Counted from the first letter of the stretch, positions 19,215 through 29,401 are shown. The stretch is 35,651 bases of DNA from Candidatus Saccharimonadota bacterium (GCA_017511405.1 JAFWKB010000050.1:1-35651), one strand, 5' to 3'. Notes: a model not told the origin generated them from the letters alone. Program-made: numbers and translations.

Positions 19215-20594
19215 ATGAAAGCACTCTATCGCAAATATCGCCCTAAAACCCTATCTGAAGTAGTTGGCCAAGAACAAATCACAACCCCTCTCCAAAATAG
19301 CCTCAAAAATCATAAAATCTCCCATTCTTACCTCTTCACCGGTCCTCGTGGAACAGGAAAAACCTCTGTTGCTCGCATTCTTGCCCATGAAATCAATAAT
19401 TTCCCCTACGAACTAGAAGATAATTACCTCGACATCATAGAAATCGACGCAGCGTCCAATACTGGTGTCGACAACATTCGAGACCTAAGAGAGAAGGCCT
19501 TAATCGCCCCTTCAAAAGGGAAATACAAAGTCTATATCATCGACGAGGTTCACATGCTCTCGAAATCCGCCTTTAACGCACTCCTTAAAACCCTCGAGGA
19601 ACCCCCCGAGCACGTCGTCTTCATTCTTGCCACCACCGATCTAGACAAAGTTCCCATCACAATCACCTCTCGCTCTCAAGTCTTTTCCTTCCGTCTCGCC
19701 GACCAAGTTTTAATGCTATCTCACCTCAAAAAAATCTCCATTCAAGAAAATATCAACATCGAAGAAGAAGCATTAAAACTAATCGTTCAAAGAGGAGGTG
19801 GCTCTTTCCGAGATTCGCTCTCACTTCTTGACCAAATCTCAACCATTTCCTCAGAAAAAATCACCGAACAACAGGTTTCTGATTGTCTTGGCCTACCCCT
19901 TAACTCCTCTATACAAACAATCCTCGAAGCCTACAAGGCTCAAAATTCACAAGAACTAACCGCTCTCCTTAAAGAGCTATTATCTCAAGGGCTAAAACCA
20001 GAACATATTTCCGAATCAGTTTTAAGACAAATCATCAACTCCCCAGACCCCATTTTCTTTCCCCTCCTAGAAAAACTCCCCTCCGTCTCAGCGCCATTTC
20101 CCGAAGCAAAATTATTACTCGCACTCCTAGATTTTCCAAATACAAATCATGATAGCCCTGCGTCAAATCAAAAAACGCCCGCCCCTCAGCCAACCCAAAA
20201 CAAAAAACCAATAGAAAAATCAACACCCGAACCAAACCAAGAACCAACGTCTAAAGAAAAACCAAAACCATCACCATGTTCAAATTCTAATTTCGATTGG
20301 AGTTCATTTCTCACCGCTGTCAAAACTGTCAACTTCGCCATCTTCAATCAACTTGAAAAATGCCAGTATAAAGCCTCAAACACAACTATCGACCTCTATC
20401 CAACTAAAAAAATCACTAAAATCATTCTTGAAAAACCAGCCAATTTCGAAATCCTTCAACAAAATCTCCCGCAAGGTTTCGAGCTCAACATTCACGAGCT
20501 CGACGAGCTAGAAAAAAGCCCCGAACTCGCCCAAATTTCTGATATAATGGGTAGCGTACAGGAGGTAAATACAGATGGAGGAATCCCATTCTAA
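19215..20594 (+). CDS. dnaX: DNA polymerase III subunit gamma/tau
   Basis: ALYRKYRP..L..VVGQ, GPRGTGKTS, EIDAASN, IIDEVHML, LLKTLEEPP, TITSR. Confidence 0.96.
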   Translation: MKALYRKYRPKTLSEVVGQEQITTPLQNSLKNHKISHSYLFTGPRGTGKTSVARILAHEINNFPYELEDNYLDIIEIDAASNTGVDNIRDLREKALIAPSKGKYKVYIIDEVHMLSKSAFNALLKTLEEPPEHVVFILATTDLDKVPITITSRSQVFSFRLADQVLMLSHLKKISIQENINIEEEALKLIVQRGGGSFRDSLSLLDQISTISSEKITEQQVSDCLGLPLNSSIQTILEAYKAQNSQELTALLKELLSQGLKPEHISESVLRQIINSPDPIFFPLLEKLPSVSAPFPEAKLLLALLDFPNTNHDSPASNQKTPAPQPTQNKKPIEKSTPEPNQEPTSKEKPKPSPCSNSNFDWSSFLTAVKTVNFAIFNQLEKCQYKASNTTIDLYPTKKITKIILEKPANFEILQQNLPQGFELNIHELDELEKSPELAQISDIMGSVQEVNTDGGIPF

Positions 20595-21945
20595 ATCAAT
20601 CAACGAAGGGCGCATCCCACCCCAAGATTTAGTTGCCGAAAAATCGCTTCTCGGCGCCCTCCTAGTTTCGGACGAGTCATTTCCAGATATCCTAGAGAAC
20701 GTTAAGGCTCGAGATTTTTACGACGAACGTCATGCCAAAATCTTTCAGGCCATGACCTCACTCTACCAAAAACACAGCCCAATTGACCTCCTAACCTTAA
20801 CTGCCGAATTACGTTCAAAAAAGGAGCTTCGCGCTGTCGGTGGAGCAGTCTATCTTACAGAGCTCAGCCAATTCGTCCCAGTCGCTTCTCACGCCAAAGC
20901 TTATTCTGACCTAATCAAAAAATGCTCAATCCGCCGTCGCCTCATTTCTGCCGGAACCAAAATTGTCGAAAGTTCATACGAAGACAGCACTCGAATTGAA
21001 GACCTCCTCGGAACTGCAGAAAAAGAACTATTTGAAGTTTCTAACACAACCGTCAAAACCGACTACGTTGCATTAGAGTCATTGCTTGCAGACGCCTTTG
21101 ACCGTATGGAAGAGCTCCATCGCAACAAAGGCGCTCTTCGTGGCCTCAAAACTGGCTTTCATGATCTAGACAAAAAAACCGCCGGTTTCCAAAAAGGCGA
21201 CTTGATCATCATTGGCGCCCGCCCCGCCATGGGTAAAACCACATTCGCAGAAAACCTTGCCTACAACGCTGCCACCATCAACAACAAAGGCGTCCTATTC
21301 TTCTCAATGGAGATGGCTAATGCAGAAATCGTTGACCGTATGGTTTCCGACATCTCCGGTGTAGACAACTGGAGAATCAGAACCGGCAACCTCTCTGACG
21401 AAGATTTTGCAAAAATTTCTGATGCCCTCGGAGAAATGGATAGTGTTCCACTCTACCTAGACGATTCATCCGCCATGACAATCCTGGAGCTTCGCAATAA
21501 AGCGCGTCGCGCCGCTCACGAACACAACCTCGGAATGATTATCGTCGACTATCTTCAGCTCCTCCAAGGTACAGACCGCTACGCAGGGAACCGCGTCCAA
21601 GAAGTTACAGAAATTTCTCGCGGTCTTAAACAGCTCGCCCGCGAACTAGAAATTCCCGTCATTGCCCTTGCCCAGCTCTCTCGTAATGTTACCGGTCGCG
21701 ATGACCCACGGCCTGTTCTCTCCGATCTTCGTGAATCCGGCTCCATCGAGCAAGACGCCGACATGGTTATGTTCCTTCATCGTATCGACTATTACAATCA
21801 AAATAAAGATGACTTTGTCCCAACAAACATCACCGAGCTAATTATCGCCAAACACCGTCATGGGCCCGTCGGAAAAATTGAACTCTATTTTCATCCCGAG
21901 CTTCTTCGTTTTATGTCTCTCGAGAAAGAACGCACCGAAGAATAA
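20575..21945 (+). CDS. dnaB: Replicative DNA helicase
   Basis: PPQDLVAEKSLLG, ARPAMGKT, FSMEM, IVDYLQL, LAQLSR, DLRESGSIEQDAD, KHRHGP; SD GGAGG and internal TGATATAAT at 20540-20548. Confidence 0.98.
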   Translation: MEESHSKSINEGRIPPQDLVAEKSLLGALLVSDESFPDILENVKARDFYDERHAKIFQAMTSLYQKHSPIDLLTLTAELRSKKELRAVGGAVYLTELSQFVPVASHAKAYSDLIKKCSIRRRLISAGTKIVESSYEDSTRIEDLLGTAEKELFEVSNTTVKTDYVALESLLADAFDRMEELHRNKGALRGLKTGFHDLDKKTAGFQKGDLIIIGARPAMGKTTFAENLAYNAATINNKGVLFFSMEMANAEIVDRMVSDISGVDNWRIRTGNLSDEDFAKISDALGEMDSVPLYLDDSSAMTILELRNKARRAAHEHNLGMIIVDYLQLLQGTDRYAGNRVQEVTEISRGLKQLARELEIPVIALAQLSRNVTGRDDPRPVLSDLRESGSIEQDADMVMFLHRIDYYNQNKDDFVPTNITELIIAKHRHGPVGKIELYFHPELLRFMSLEKERTEE

Positions 21946-22000
21946 ACCATATCTCGTTCAGTACACTTTTATTTCATGCTTTTTGTGCTATAATGTTTAT

Positions 22001-23467
22001 GTGCGTAGATTCATAATCTCTAAACTTTTTTTATACCGTTATCGTTTCGTAATCGGCTATATTTTACTTGGTCTCGCCTTCGCAAGTCTTGTTTGTTTAA
22101 TGCCTCTTTTTTCGCCAAACGGCCTCTCCGAAGCTGAAACTGAATCCGTCGTCACAAGTTATAATCTCCATTTTTCCTCAATTACCTCCGGAGATTTAGT
22201 TGACCTCCCTTATCATATCCTTCAAAAGCTCTCTATCCTCTTCTTCGGGATGAACCCTTATGCAATCCGGCTCCCGTCCATCTTAATCGGCCTCTTCCTC
22301 GGATTTCTTCTAATCCTTCTCTTAAACCGCTGGTTTAAGTCCAACGTCGCCCTTCTTGCCTCTGTTCTTACTGTCCTCTCGACGCCCTTCCTCTATCTAG
22401 CCGGCACCGGTACACCTCTCATCATGCTAGTCTTCTGGCCAACTCTCCTCCTCTGGCTCGGCTCTAAAATCCAAGGAGAAAAAACTACCAACCCAATTTT
22501 CTGTTATGTCTTCGCGTTTATTCTTCTCCTATCGATTTATACTCCCCATCTAATATACCTAGTCATTTTTATATTTATCTTCACCTTCACAAACCCCCAT
22601 CTCCGTTACACAATTAAATCCCTCCCTAAACTCCCGTTAATCATCATCGGAATCGTCTTCCTTGGCGGCCTCGGAATTTGGATTACAAACTTAGTCTCCT
22701 CAAAAACCGTAGCTATGTCCCTCTTCCTTGCGCGCGATTTTTCTTTTTCCTCTTTCTTTCACAATCTAAAAATCGGCTTTGCGCCTTTCTTTTCCTGGAT
22801 TTCTCCGCTCGAAGGAGTTTACCTCTCCCCAATGATTGGACTCCCAAGTTTCATCCTCGCGCTCGCTGGACTCTTCTCGACAACCAAAGGCTTCTTCGCT
22901 TCAAGAAACGCTATAGCCTCTTGTTTCATCGTCTTTTCCGTTATTCTCGCCGGCTTCGACCCAAACTCCGCCCTCTTGATTGTCCTTCCGTTTGCAATTT
23001 TAACCGCACATGGTCTTCGCTATCTTCTGGAAAAATGGTACGGTCTCTTCCCAGAAAACCCTTACGCAAGAATTTTCGCGATTTTCCCATTAGCCCTCCT
23101 TTTAGCTTTCATGACGCTTCCTTCGCTCAATCACTACGCTTACGGATATCGTTACACTCCCGCCGTCGCTAACGAATTCAGCAACGACCTTGAATTAGTC
23201 TCCGAGAATGTCGAAGAAAATAGTATCCTTGTTTTTAAAGAAAGCTCTATTTATTCTGAATTCTACAAAGTTTACGAAGACCGCACTCACAATCTTAAAG
23301 TCATTACAAAACCCGAAGAAATCCAAAAAGCCGAAAAATCCACAATTGTAACCTTAGGAAAAATCGATATCTCTCTCCCCGATAGTTTCAAACTCACCAA
23401 AATAGTCACCTCGTCAAAATCCGACAATTCTGATAGAATATACATATATAAATATATGATTAACTAG
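22001..23467 (+). CDS. Polytopic membrane protein, probable GT-C fold glycosyltransferase (GT39/ArnT/PMT-like)
   Basis: About 10-11 hydrophobic segments, PYHILQKLSI..FG...AIRLPS motif; start reset to GTG 22001, 6 nt after TGCTATAAT. Confidence 0.65.
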   Translation: MRRFIISKLFLYRYRFVIGYILLGLAFASLVCLMPLFSPNGLSEAETESVVTSYNLHFSSITSGDLVDLPYHILQKLSILFFGMNPYAIRLPSILIGLFLGFLLILLLNRWFKSNVALLASVLTVLSTPFLYLAGTGTPLIMLVFWPTLLLWLGSKIQGEKTTNPIFCYVFAFILLLSIYTPHLIYLVIFIFIFTFTNPHLRYTIKSLPKLPLIIIGIVFLGGLGIWITNLVSSKTVAMSLFLARDFSFSSFFHNLKIGFAPFFSWISPLEGVYLSPMIGLPSFILALAGLFSTTKGFFASRNAIASCFIVFSVILAGFDPNSALLIVLPFAILTAHGLRYLLEKWYGLFPENPYARIFAIFPLALLLAFMTLPSLNHYAYGYRYTPAVANEFSNDLELVSENVEENSILVFKESSIYSEFYKVYEDRTHNLKVITKPEEIQKAEKSTIVTLGKIDISLPDSFKLTKIVTSSKSDNSDRIYIYKYMIN

Positions 23468-23481
23468 CTAGGAGAAAAATT

Positions 23482-23778
23482 ATGGGCCAGACAATGGACC
23501 AAATGAAAATGCTTAATCAGCTTCGCAAAGCGCAAAAAGACCTTAAAAATGAAATCGTAGAAGTTGAAGCTGGCGACGGAGCTGTCGTAGTCCAGATTAA
23601 CGGCGAACTCAAAATCAAAAAAGTCACTATCGACCCCGAAAGAGTCGATCTCGACGACATTCATGAACTTGAACGTTGGATCGAAAACTGCATGCGCGAC
23701 GGATATGCCAAAGCTCAAGAAATCGCCGCCGACAAAATGAAACCCCTTATGGGGCAACTTGGGAATCTCGGCCTTTAA
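23482..23778 (+). CDS. ybaB: YbaB/EbfC nucleoid-associated protein
   Basis: EVEAGDGAVVVQINGE...VTIDP; adjacent to recR. Confidence 0.88.
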   Translation: MGQTMDQMKMLNQLRKAQKDLKNEIVEVEAGDGAVVVQINGELKIKKVTIDPERVDLDDIHELERWIENCMRDGYAKAQEIAADKMKPLMGQLGNLGL

Positions 23779-23783
23779 TCTAT

Positions 23784-24389
23784 ATGCTTCCTAAGGCTCT
23801 TCTTGATACGATTGACGCTCTTGGTCATCTTCCGGGCGTCGGTTCTCGCACAGCCGAACGTTATGCCTATTTTTTGTTTCGTTCTAACCCTCAAATTTCC
23901 GAAACCATCTCCGAAACCTTAAAGAATCTCCACTCTGGCGTAAAATCTTGCCCGAAAACCTTCGCCTTAATCGACGCAGACAAAGAAGTTTCCGAATTCT
24001 ACTCCGACCAAAGTCGCGACAAAACCTCAATACTCGTAGTTGAAGAACCTCTAGATATCTACGCAATTGAATCGACTAAACAATATACTGGAACCTATCA
24101 CGTACTTGGCGGCGCTGTTTCCCCTATAGACGGGATCACGCCAGACCAACTCCACATCAAAGAGCTCATTACTCGTATTCCCGACGACTCAGTAAAAGAG
24201 GTAATTATTGCAACTAACCCATCGGTGGAAGGGGAATCGACCGCTCTTCTCCTTCAAAAACTCCTTACCGAAAAATATCCCGAACTAAAAATCACTCGTC
24301 TTGCCCGCGGACTCCCACTCGGAGTAGATTTGTCTTACGCTGACCAAATTACTCTCTCAGCCGCATTATCAAACAGGACGTCTTTATAG
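23784..24389 (+). CDS. recR: Recombination mediator RecR
   Basis: LPGVGSRTAER, VVEEPLD, YHVLGG..SPIDG, IIATNPSVEGESTA, RLARGLP.G; start reset to MLPKALL. Confidence 0.95.
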   Translation: MLPKALLDTIDALGHLPGVGSRTAERYAYFLFRSNPQISETISETLKNLHSGVKSCPKTFALIDADKEVSEFYSDQSRDKTSILVVEEPLDIYAIESTKQYTGTYHVLGGAVSPIDGITPDQLHIKELITRIPDDSVKEVIIATNPSVEGESTALLLQKLLTEKYPELKITRLARGLPLGVDLSYADQITLSAALSNRTSL

Positions 24390-24403
24390 TGTATAATTAG
24401 TTT

Positions 24404-25045
24404 ATGTCTAAAATTTCCATCCCCAATTATTCTCTCGGTGAAGAAATTACCAATTCAATTTCGCACGGAATTGGGGCAGGATTGGCAATCGCCGCTCTCG
24501 TTCTCCTCGTTCTGAAAGCCAACACTCCAAACGCAAAAGTCGCCGTCTCTTTATACGGCGCAATCATGATTATCCTCTTCACGATTTCATGTATCTATCA
24601 CGCGCTCTCGCCAAAGCTAAAAGGAAAGAAAGTTCTTCGAGTTATCGACCACATTAACGTTGTACTCATGGTTGCTGGTACATATCTCCCGATTTGTCTT
24701 TCACTCTTCTATGGAACACTTGGGTGGGTAATCTTCGGACTAGTTTGGGGAGTAACACTCCCGGTTGTCGTTCTTAACGCCGTCAACGTCGATAAGTTCC
24801 AAGTTTTTTCCGCTATTCACAGCATCATTCTCGGTTGGGGCGCACTCCTTCTCATTAAACCTCTCCGCGAAGTCTGCCCAACGACCGGGATCTGGCTACT
24901 CATCGGAGGAGGGATTTGTTACACCATTGGTTCGATTCTTTACGGTATAGGAAGCCAAAAAAAATGGTTCCATTCCATCTTCCATTTTTTCGTTATTGCT
25001 GGCGCCATATTGCATTTCTTCTTCATCTACTTTTACTGCATCTAG
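24404..25045 (+). CDS. Hemolysin III / PAQR family membrane protein
   Basis: EEITNSISHGIG, SCIYH, DH...AGTY, GG..YTIG, HSIFHFFV. Confidence 0.92.
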   Translation: MSKISIPNYSLGEEITNSISHGIGAGLAIAALVLLVLKANTPNAKVAVSLYGAIMIILFTISCIYHALSPKLKGKKVLRVIDHINVVLMVAGTYLPICLSLFYGTLGWVIFGLVWGVTLPVVVLNAVNVDKFQVFSAIHSIILGWGALLLIKPLREVCPTTGIWLLIGGGICYTIGSILYGIGSQKKWFHSIFHFFVIAGAILHFFFIYFYCI

Positions 25046-25076
25046 ACAAATATCATTTCTCTGTTATAATCATAAT

Positions 25077-26216
25077 ATGAACGCGCTTATTCTTATTTTA
25101 CTAATAATAAATCTCCTCCTCTCCCTTACAATAATCTATAAAATCTTTTTCGCACCAACCACCTCAGCTGATTCCGAATTAAAACGCAACCTCGCTAAAA
25201 CCGAAGGTAAAATCGAACTCCTTACTCAAAAAATCGATTCTCTTGCCCCAACTCTTTCCGACGAATTCCGAAAAAATCGCAAAGAATTAAATGAAAACTT
25301 TGAGAAAATTCAATCCTCAAATGAGAAAAAACTCGAACAAATGCGTGAAACTGTCGACGAAAAGCTTCAAGCTTCCGTCGAAAAACGCTTCAATAACAGC
25401 TTCAAAACTATTTCCGAACAACTAACCCAAGTTTACCAAGGTCTCGGCGAGATGAAAAACCTCGCCACAGGAGTCGGTAACCTTAAAAAGGTTATGGAGG
25501 GGGTCAAAACTCGCGGCGTTTATGGCGAGGTTCAACTCGGAGCAATTATCGAAGATACTTTAAATCCGACTCAATACCTAACTAACACCTTAATCAAAAA
25601 GGGAAGCAAAGACCGTGTAGAATTCGCAATTAAGCTCCCCGGGAAAGGAAAATCCGAAATCCTTCTCCCAATCGACTCAAAATTCCCCATCGAGAATTAT
25701 CAACGTCTCCTCTCCGCCTACGAAGCGGGAGATAAACAAGAAATAGAAAAATATCGCAAAGAACTACGCAAAAACGTCCTTGACCAAGCCAAGAAAATTC
25801 AAGAAAAATATATTGAAGTTCCTAAAACCGCAAACTTCGCCATGATGTTTATCCCAACCGAAAGCCTCTATGCCGAAATCTTGCGCATTCCTGGCCTAGA
25901 CGAAGAGGTTCGCAAAAAATATAACATCTCCATATCTAGCCCCTCTACTCTCCCCGTCATGCTCGGCGGCCTTCTTATGGGCTACCGCAGCGTCGCTATA
26001 GAAAAACGCTCCGCCGAGGTCTGGAAAATTCTCGAAGGAGTTCGGGCCAACTTTGGCAAATTCAGCGATCTTCTCGAAGCCGTCGAGAAAAAACTTGGCG
26101 AAAGTGCAGACAAAATTGGCTCCGCCAAAAAACAAGCCGTTAAAATCCAAACCCAGATGGAAAACATCGCCCTTCCCGATTCCTCGTCGGAAATGCCGCC
26201 CGCGCTCAAAATTTAA
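25077..26216 (+). CDS. rmuC: DNA recombination protein RmuC
   Basis: N-terminal TM, LEQMRETVDEKLQ, KTRGVYGEVQL, LPIDSKFP, FAMMFIPTESLYAE; start reset to MNALIL. Confidence 0.93.
   Translation: MNALILILLIINLLLSLTIIYKIFFAPTTSADSELKRNLAKTEGKIELLTQKIDSLAPTLSDEFRKNRKELNENFEKIQSSNEKKLEQMRETVDEKLQASVEKRFNNSFKTISEQLTQVYQGLGEMKNLATGVGNLKKVMEGVKTRGVYGEVQLGAIIEDTLNPTQYLTNTLIKKGSKDRVEFAIKLPGKGKSEILLPIDSKFPIENYQRLLSAYEAGDKQEIEKYRKELRKNVLDQAKKIQEKYIEVPKTANFAMMFIPTESLYAEILRIPGLDEEVRKKYNISISSPSTLPVMLGGLLMGYRSVAIEKRSAEVWKILEGVRANFGKFSDLLEAVEKKLGESADKIGSAKKQAVKIQTQMENIALPDSSSEMPPALKI
26184..26213 (+). repeat. Dispersed 30-bp motif copy (TCGTCGGAAATGCCGCCCGCGCTCAAAATT) at the 3' end of rmuC
   Basis: TCGGAA and CCCGCGCTCAAAATT at the same spacing as the other copies. 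Confidence 0.75.
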
Positions 26217-26239
26217 CGTTTTCATGTTATAATTAAGGT

Positions 26240-27253
26240 ATGTATAAGTCATTCGTTGATTTTTTGAAAGATAAACACAAAATCTGCATCATCCAAGCCG
26301 AAAACCCTGACGGAGACTCTCTCGGCTCCGCCATCGCCCTTGATTATTTAATTTCCTTAAACGCTAACAATTCCCCAGAAATCTCCCTCTACTGCCCAGT
26401 CGACATCCCCAAATATCTTCACTATTTCTCAGATTGGTCACGTGTAGAAAACGAATTTGATTGGCGCGCCGACGGTTATATCATTGTCGATACCGCCGCC
26501 GAAGTTTTGCTTTCCAAATTACTCGAAGATTCCGCCATCCAAAACAAGCTCAATACAACCCCGACTTTTGTCCTCGACCATCACGAAACTGAAGACAATT
26601 TACCTTTTCCTCACGAAAAAATCATCGAGCCATTACCCGCCTGCTGCGACCTAATTTACAAAATTATCGTCTCAGAAAACTTAAAACTCGACAGAGATAT
26701 TGCCAAAAACCTTATCTATGGCATATTATCAGATACGCTCGGCCTCACCTCTTCATCCTCCACTCCCGATACTTTTCGAGATATCGCCAACCTCCTCGAA
26801 AAAGGAAATCTCGATATCGCCACTCTCGAAGAAGCTCGTCGCGAATTTTCCAAAAAATCCCCTAGAATCCTCGATTATAAAGCCGATTTAATCAAAAAAA
26901 TCGATTATTCTCTCGACGGCATCCTTGCAACAGTTCATATCACTTGGGAAGAAATCCGCGAATTCTCCGACGAGTACAATCCAAACGTTCTCATCCTCGA
27001 AGAACTCCGCCTTACGGAGGGCGTAGAAGTTGCCGTAGCTGTAAAAACCTATCCTGACGGAAAAGTTACCGGAAAAATCCGCACCTCTAAGCCAATTGCC
27101 GACCAAATTGCCGGCTATTACGGCGGCGGCGGCCATCCTTTCGCAGCCGGATTTAGAACTTATGATATCTCTTACGAAGATATCATCCGCGACTTAGTAA
27201 AAATCACCCCTGAACTATTAAATTCTCTCGAAACAGAGGAAAACCATGCTTAA
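26240..27253 (+). CDS. DHH-family phosphoesterase (NrnA-like nanoRNase/pAp phosphatase)
   Basis: NPDGDSLGS, IVDT, LDHH, LSDT, GGGGHPFAAG. Confidence 0.9.
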   Translation: MYKSFVDFLKDKHKICIIQAENPDGDSLGSAIALDYLISLNANNSPEISLYCPVDIPKYLHYFSDWSRVENEFDWRADGYIIVDTAAEVLLSKLLEDSAIQNKLNTTPTFVLDHHETEDNLPFPHEKIIEPLPACCDLIYKIIVSENLKLDRDIAKNLIYGILSDTLGLTSSSSTPDTFRDIANLLEKGNLDIATLEEARREFSKKSPRILDYKADLIKKIDYSLDGILATVHITWEEIREFSDEYNPNVLILEELRLTEGVEVAVAVKTYPDGKVTGKIRTSKPIADQIAGYYGGGGHPFAAGFRTYDISYEDIIRDLVKITPELLNSLETEENHA

Positions 27254-28625
27254 ACTCTATAACACCGCAACCAAAAAACTCGAAAGTTTTAAGCCTAAAA
27301 ACTCAGAAAAAGTCACGATTTACACCTGTGGCCCAACCGTCTATTCCGCCCCTCATATTGGCAATTTCGCCGCCTATATTTATTGGGACCTTCTTCTTCA
27401 GATTCTCAAGCTTAACGATTTAACCCCCTACCGCGTACTCAACCTAACCGATGTCGGCCATCTTACCTCCGACGGAGATAAGGGAGAAGATAAACTCGAA
27501 AAAGGCGCTCGCATCGAGGGAAAAACCGTCTGGGAAATCGCCGACCATTATATCTCACTTTTTAAATCCGATTTTCGAAAGCTCCGTCTTAACGAGCCTC
27601 AAAAATGGGCCCGTGCTACCGATTATATTGAAGAATCCAAAGAGCTCGTCCAAAAGCTCATAGATAACGATTTTGTCTATGAGACCTCAGACGGCTTATA
27701 CTTCGATACATCTAAATTCCCGGCCTACCCCGATTTCGCTCATCTAAATCTCGAAAATCAAAAAGCCGGTGCTCGCGTTAGTTTTTCTTCGGAAAAAAGA
27801 AATATTTCCGACTTTGCCGTCTGGAAATTCATCGCTCCTGAAGAAAAACATATTATGCGCTGGAATTTCCTTGGTCGTCCTGGCTACCCCGGCTGGCATC
27901 TCGAATGTTCAACCATCATCCATCAAGAACTCGGCGAGCCAATCGACATCCACACCGGCGGCATCGACCATATTCCTATCCACCATACCAACGAAATCGC
28001 CCAAACCTTTGGCGCTTTCCAAAAAAAACTTGCCGAGTTCTGGCTTCATTGTAACTTTCTTACCATTAATGGTGAGAAAATTTCAAAATCCCTCGGCAAT
28101 ATCATCACTCTAAAAGACCTTGAAGAAAAAGGTTTCTCTGTTTTTGATTTCAAACTCTGGCTTTATCAAGGACATTATCGCAGCGAAAGAAATTTCACCT
28201 GGGAAGATTTAGCCTCCGCAAAAATCCGTCGCAAAAATTGGCAAAATGCCTACATCCTCTCTTGCCAAAGAGGCAAAACTAGTCAAACCCCTTCCTTAGA
28301 ATCTAAGCTGCTTGAATATCTCAACGACGATCTAAACTCGCCCGCCGCCTTCGCATATATAGATTCTATCAAAGAAACCTTAACCTCCGAAGATTGGGAA
28401 TTAATCGACGAAATCTTTAAACTGAATTTAACCGAAATAAAAAACAATTCAAACTGGTCTTTTTCTGATTATGAATCTTTTGCTCGTCCTCTAATCAATA
28501 AACGCAACTTCGCCCGCGCTCAAAAGAATTACCAAACCGCCGATCAACTCCGAGAAGAATTATCTAAAAAGGGACTAACCCTCCTCGATACAAGCGAAGG
28601 AACTTTCTGGCAGCTCGAACCCTAG
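27246..28625 (+). CDS. cysS: Cysteine--tRNA ligase
   Basis: YTCGPTVY, HIGN, PGWHLECS, DIHTGGIDH..HH.NE, KISKSLGN. Confidence 0.97.
   Translation: MLKLYNTATKKLESFKPKNSEKVTIYTCGPTVYSAPHIGNFAAYIYWDLLLQILKLNDLTPYRVLNLTDVGHLTSDGDKGEDKLEKGARIEGKTVWEIADHYISLFKSDFRKLRLNEPQKWARATDYIEESKELVQKLIDNDFVYETSDGLYFDTSKFPAYPDFAHLNLENQKAGARVSFSSEKRNISDFAVWKFIAPEEKHIMRWNFLGRPGYPGWHLECSTIIHQELGEPIDIHTGGIDHIPIHHTNEIAQTFGAFQKKLAEFWLHCNFLTINGEKISKSLGNIITLKDLEEKGFSVFDFKLWLYQGHYRSERNFTWEDLASAKIRRKNWQNAYILSCQRGKTSQTPSLESKLLEYLNDDLNSPAAFAYIDSIKETLTSEDWELIDEIFKLNLTEIKNNSNWSFSDYESFARPLINKRNFARAQKNYQTADQLREELSKKGLTLLDTSEGTFWQLEP
28514..28525 (+). repeat. Core 12-mer CCGCGCTCAAAA of the dispersed motif, inside cysS
   Basis: Exact core; upstream CGCAACTT resembles CGGAACTT with 1-nt shorter spacing. 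Confidence 0.5.
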
Positions 28626-28696
28626 TTTGCTTTTATCTCCTTTTCACGATATAATTTCATAAACTTTTTGCACCTTAAAAGAAAGGAGGGGAGAAA

Positions 28697-29314
28697 ATGT
28701 GTCGTTCATTTTTAACGTCTATACATGCCAGAATATACGCTGCAGCCATAAACCGGCGCTATCTTCGTCTAGAGCAAAACCCAGAATATAACCCATATTT
28801 ATATTATAGCCCAGACGCAAAAATATTCATTATAAGTAAATCATATCTATTTGAGCGTCTGGGGAAATACGCTGGCAAGCAATACAAATTGACCCGAAAA
28901 CACTTCTGGCTAAAATTACAGCACGATTTTATAGTCGCCAGTAAATGTGGTCTAATTAGTTGCTATACAATCCTAAAATTCCTTGAGGAATATTCTTGCG
29001 ACTTACCTAAAAAATACTCTATAGAATTTCAAGCTCAAATTCAACATTTTGCCAAGCTCTTCAATAATGCTATAAGAAAAACGACTAAATATTCATTCGC
29101 TAAATACGACGAGTGGCTTCAAGAAACCGCAAGCACGTTCGCATTAAATGAAAAGGCAATTATCGTCAACCTGCTCGGTTTACACGAAGGCATCATAAAT
29201 CAAAGACGACTTTCCGAAGAAATAGAACCGCTGCTCAAAGATAACGAAGAGTTAATTCGTTCGCTCGAAGAGTTTACCCGAATCATCTCTCAAATCATGA
29301 AAGAAAAAGAATAA
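28697..29314 (+). CDS. Hypothetical protein in a self-contained expression unit
   Basis: TTGCTT-N17-TATAAT (28627-28655), SD GAAAGGAGG, terminator 29338-29360; no recognised motif. Confidence 0.7.
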   Translation: MCRSFLTSIHARIYAAAINRRYLRLEQNPEYNPYLYYSPDAKIFIISKSYLFERLGKYAGKQYKLTRKHFWLKLQHDFIVASKCGLISCYTILKFLEEYSCDLPKKYSIEFQAQIQHFAKLFNNAIRKTTKYSFAKYDEWLQETASTFALNEKAIIVNLLGLHEGIINQRRLSEEIEPLLKDNEELIRSLEEFTRIISQIMKEKE

Positions 29315-29337
29315 TATTTCTCCCTTTTACTCAAATC

Positions 29338-29360
29338 ATGCCCCAAGAAGGGGCATTTTT
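29338..29360 (+). terminator. Rho-independent terminator
   Basis: ATGCCCC-AAGAA-GGGGCATTTTT. Confidence 0.8.
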
Positions 29361-29401
29361 ACTGGCAAAAAGCATAATTTTATGTTATATTAAAAAATAT
29401 A

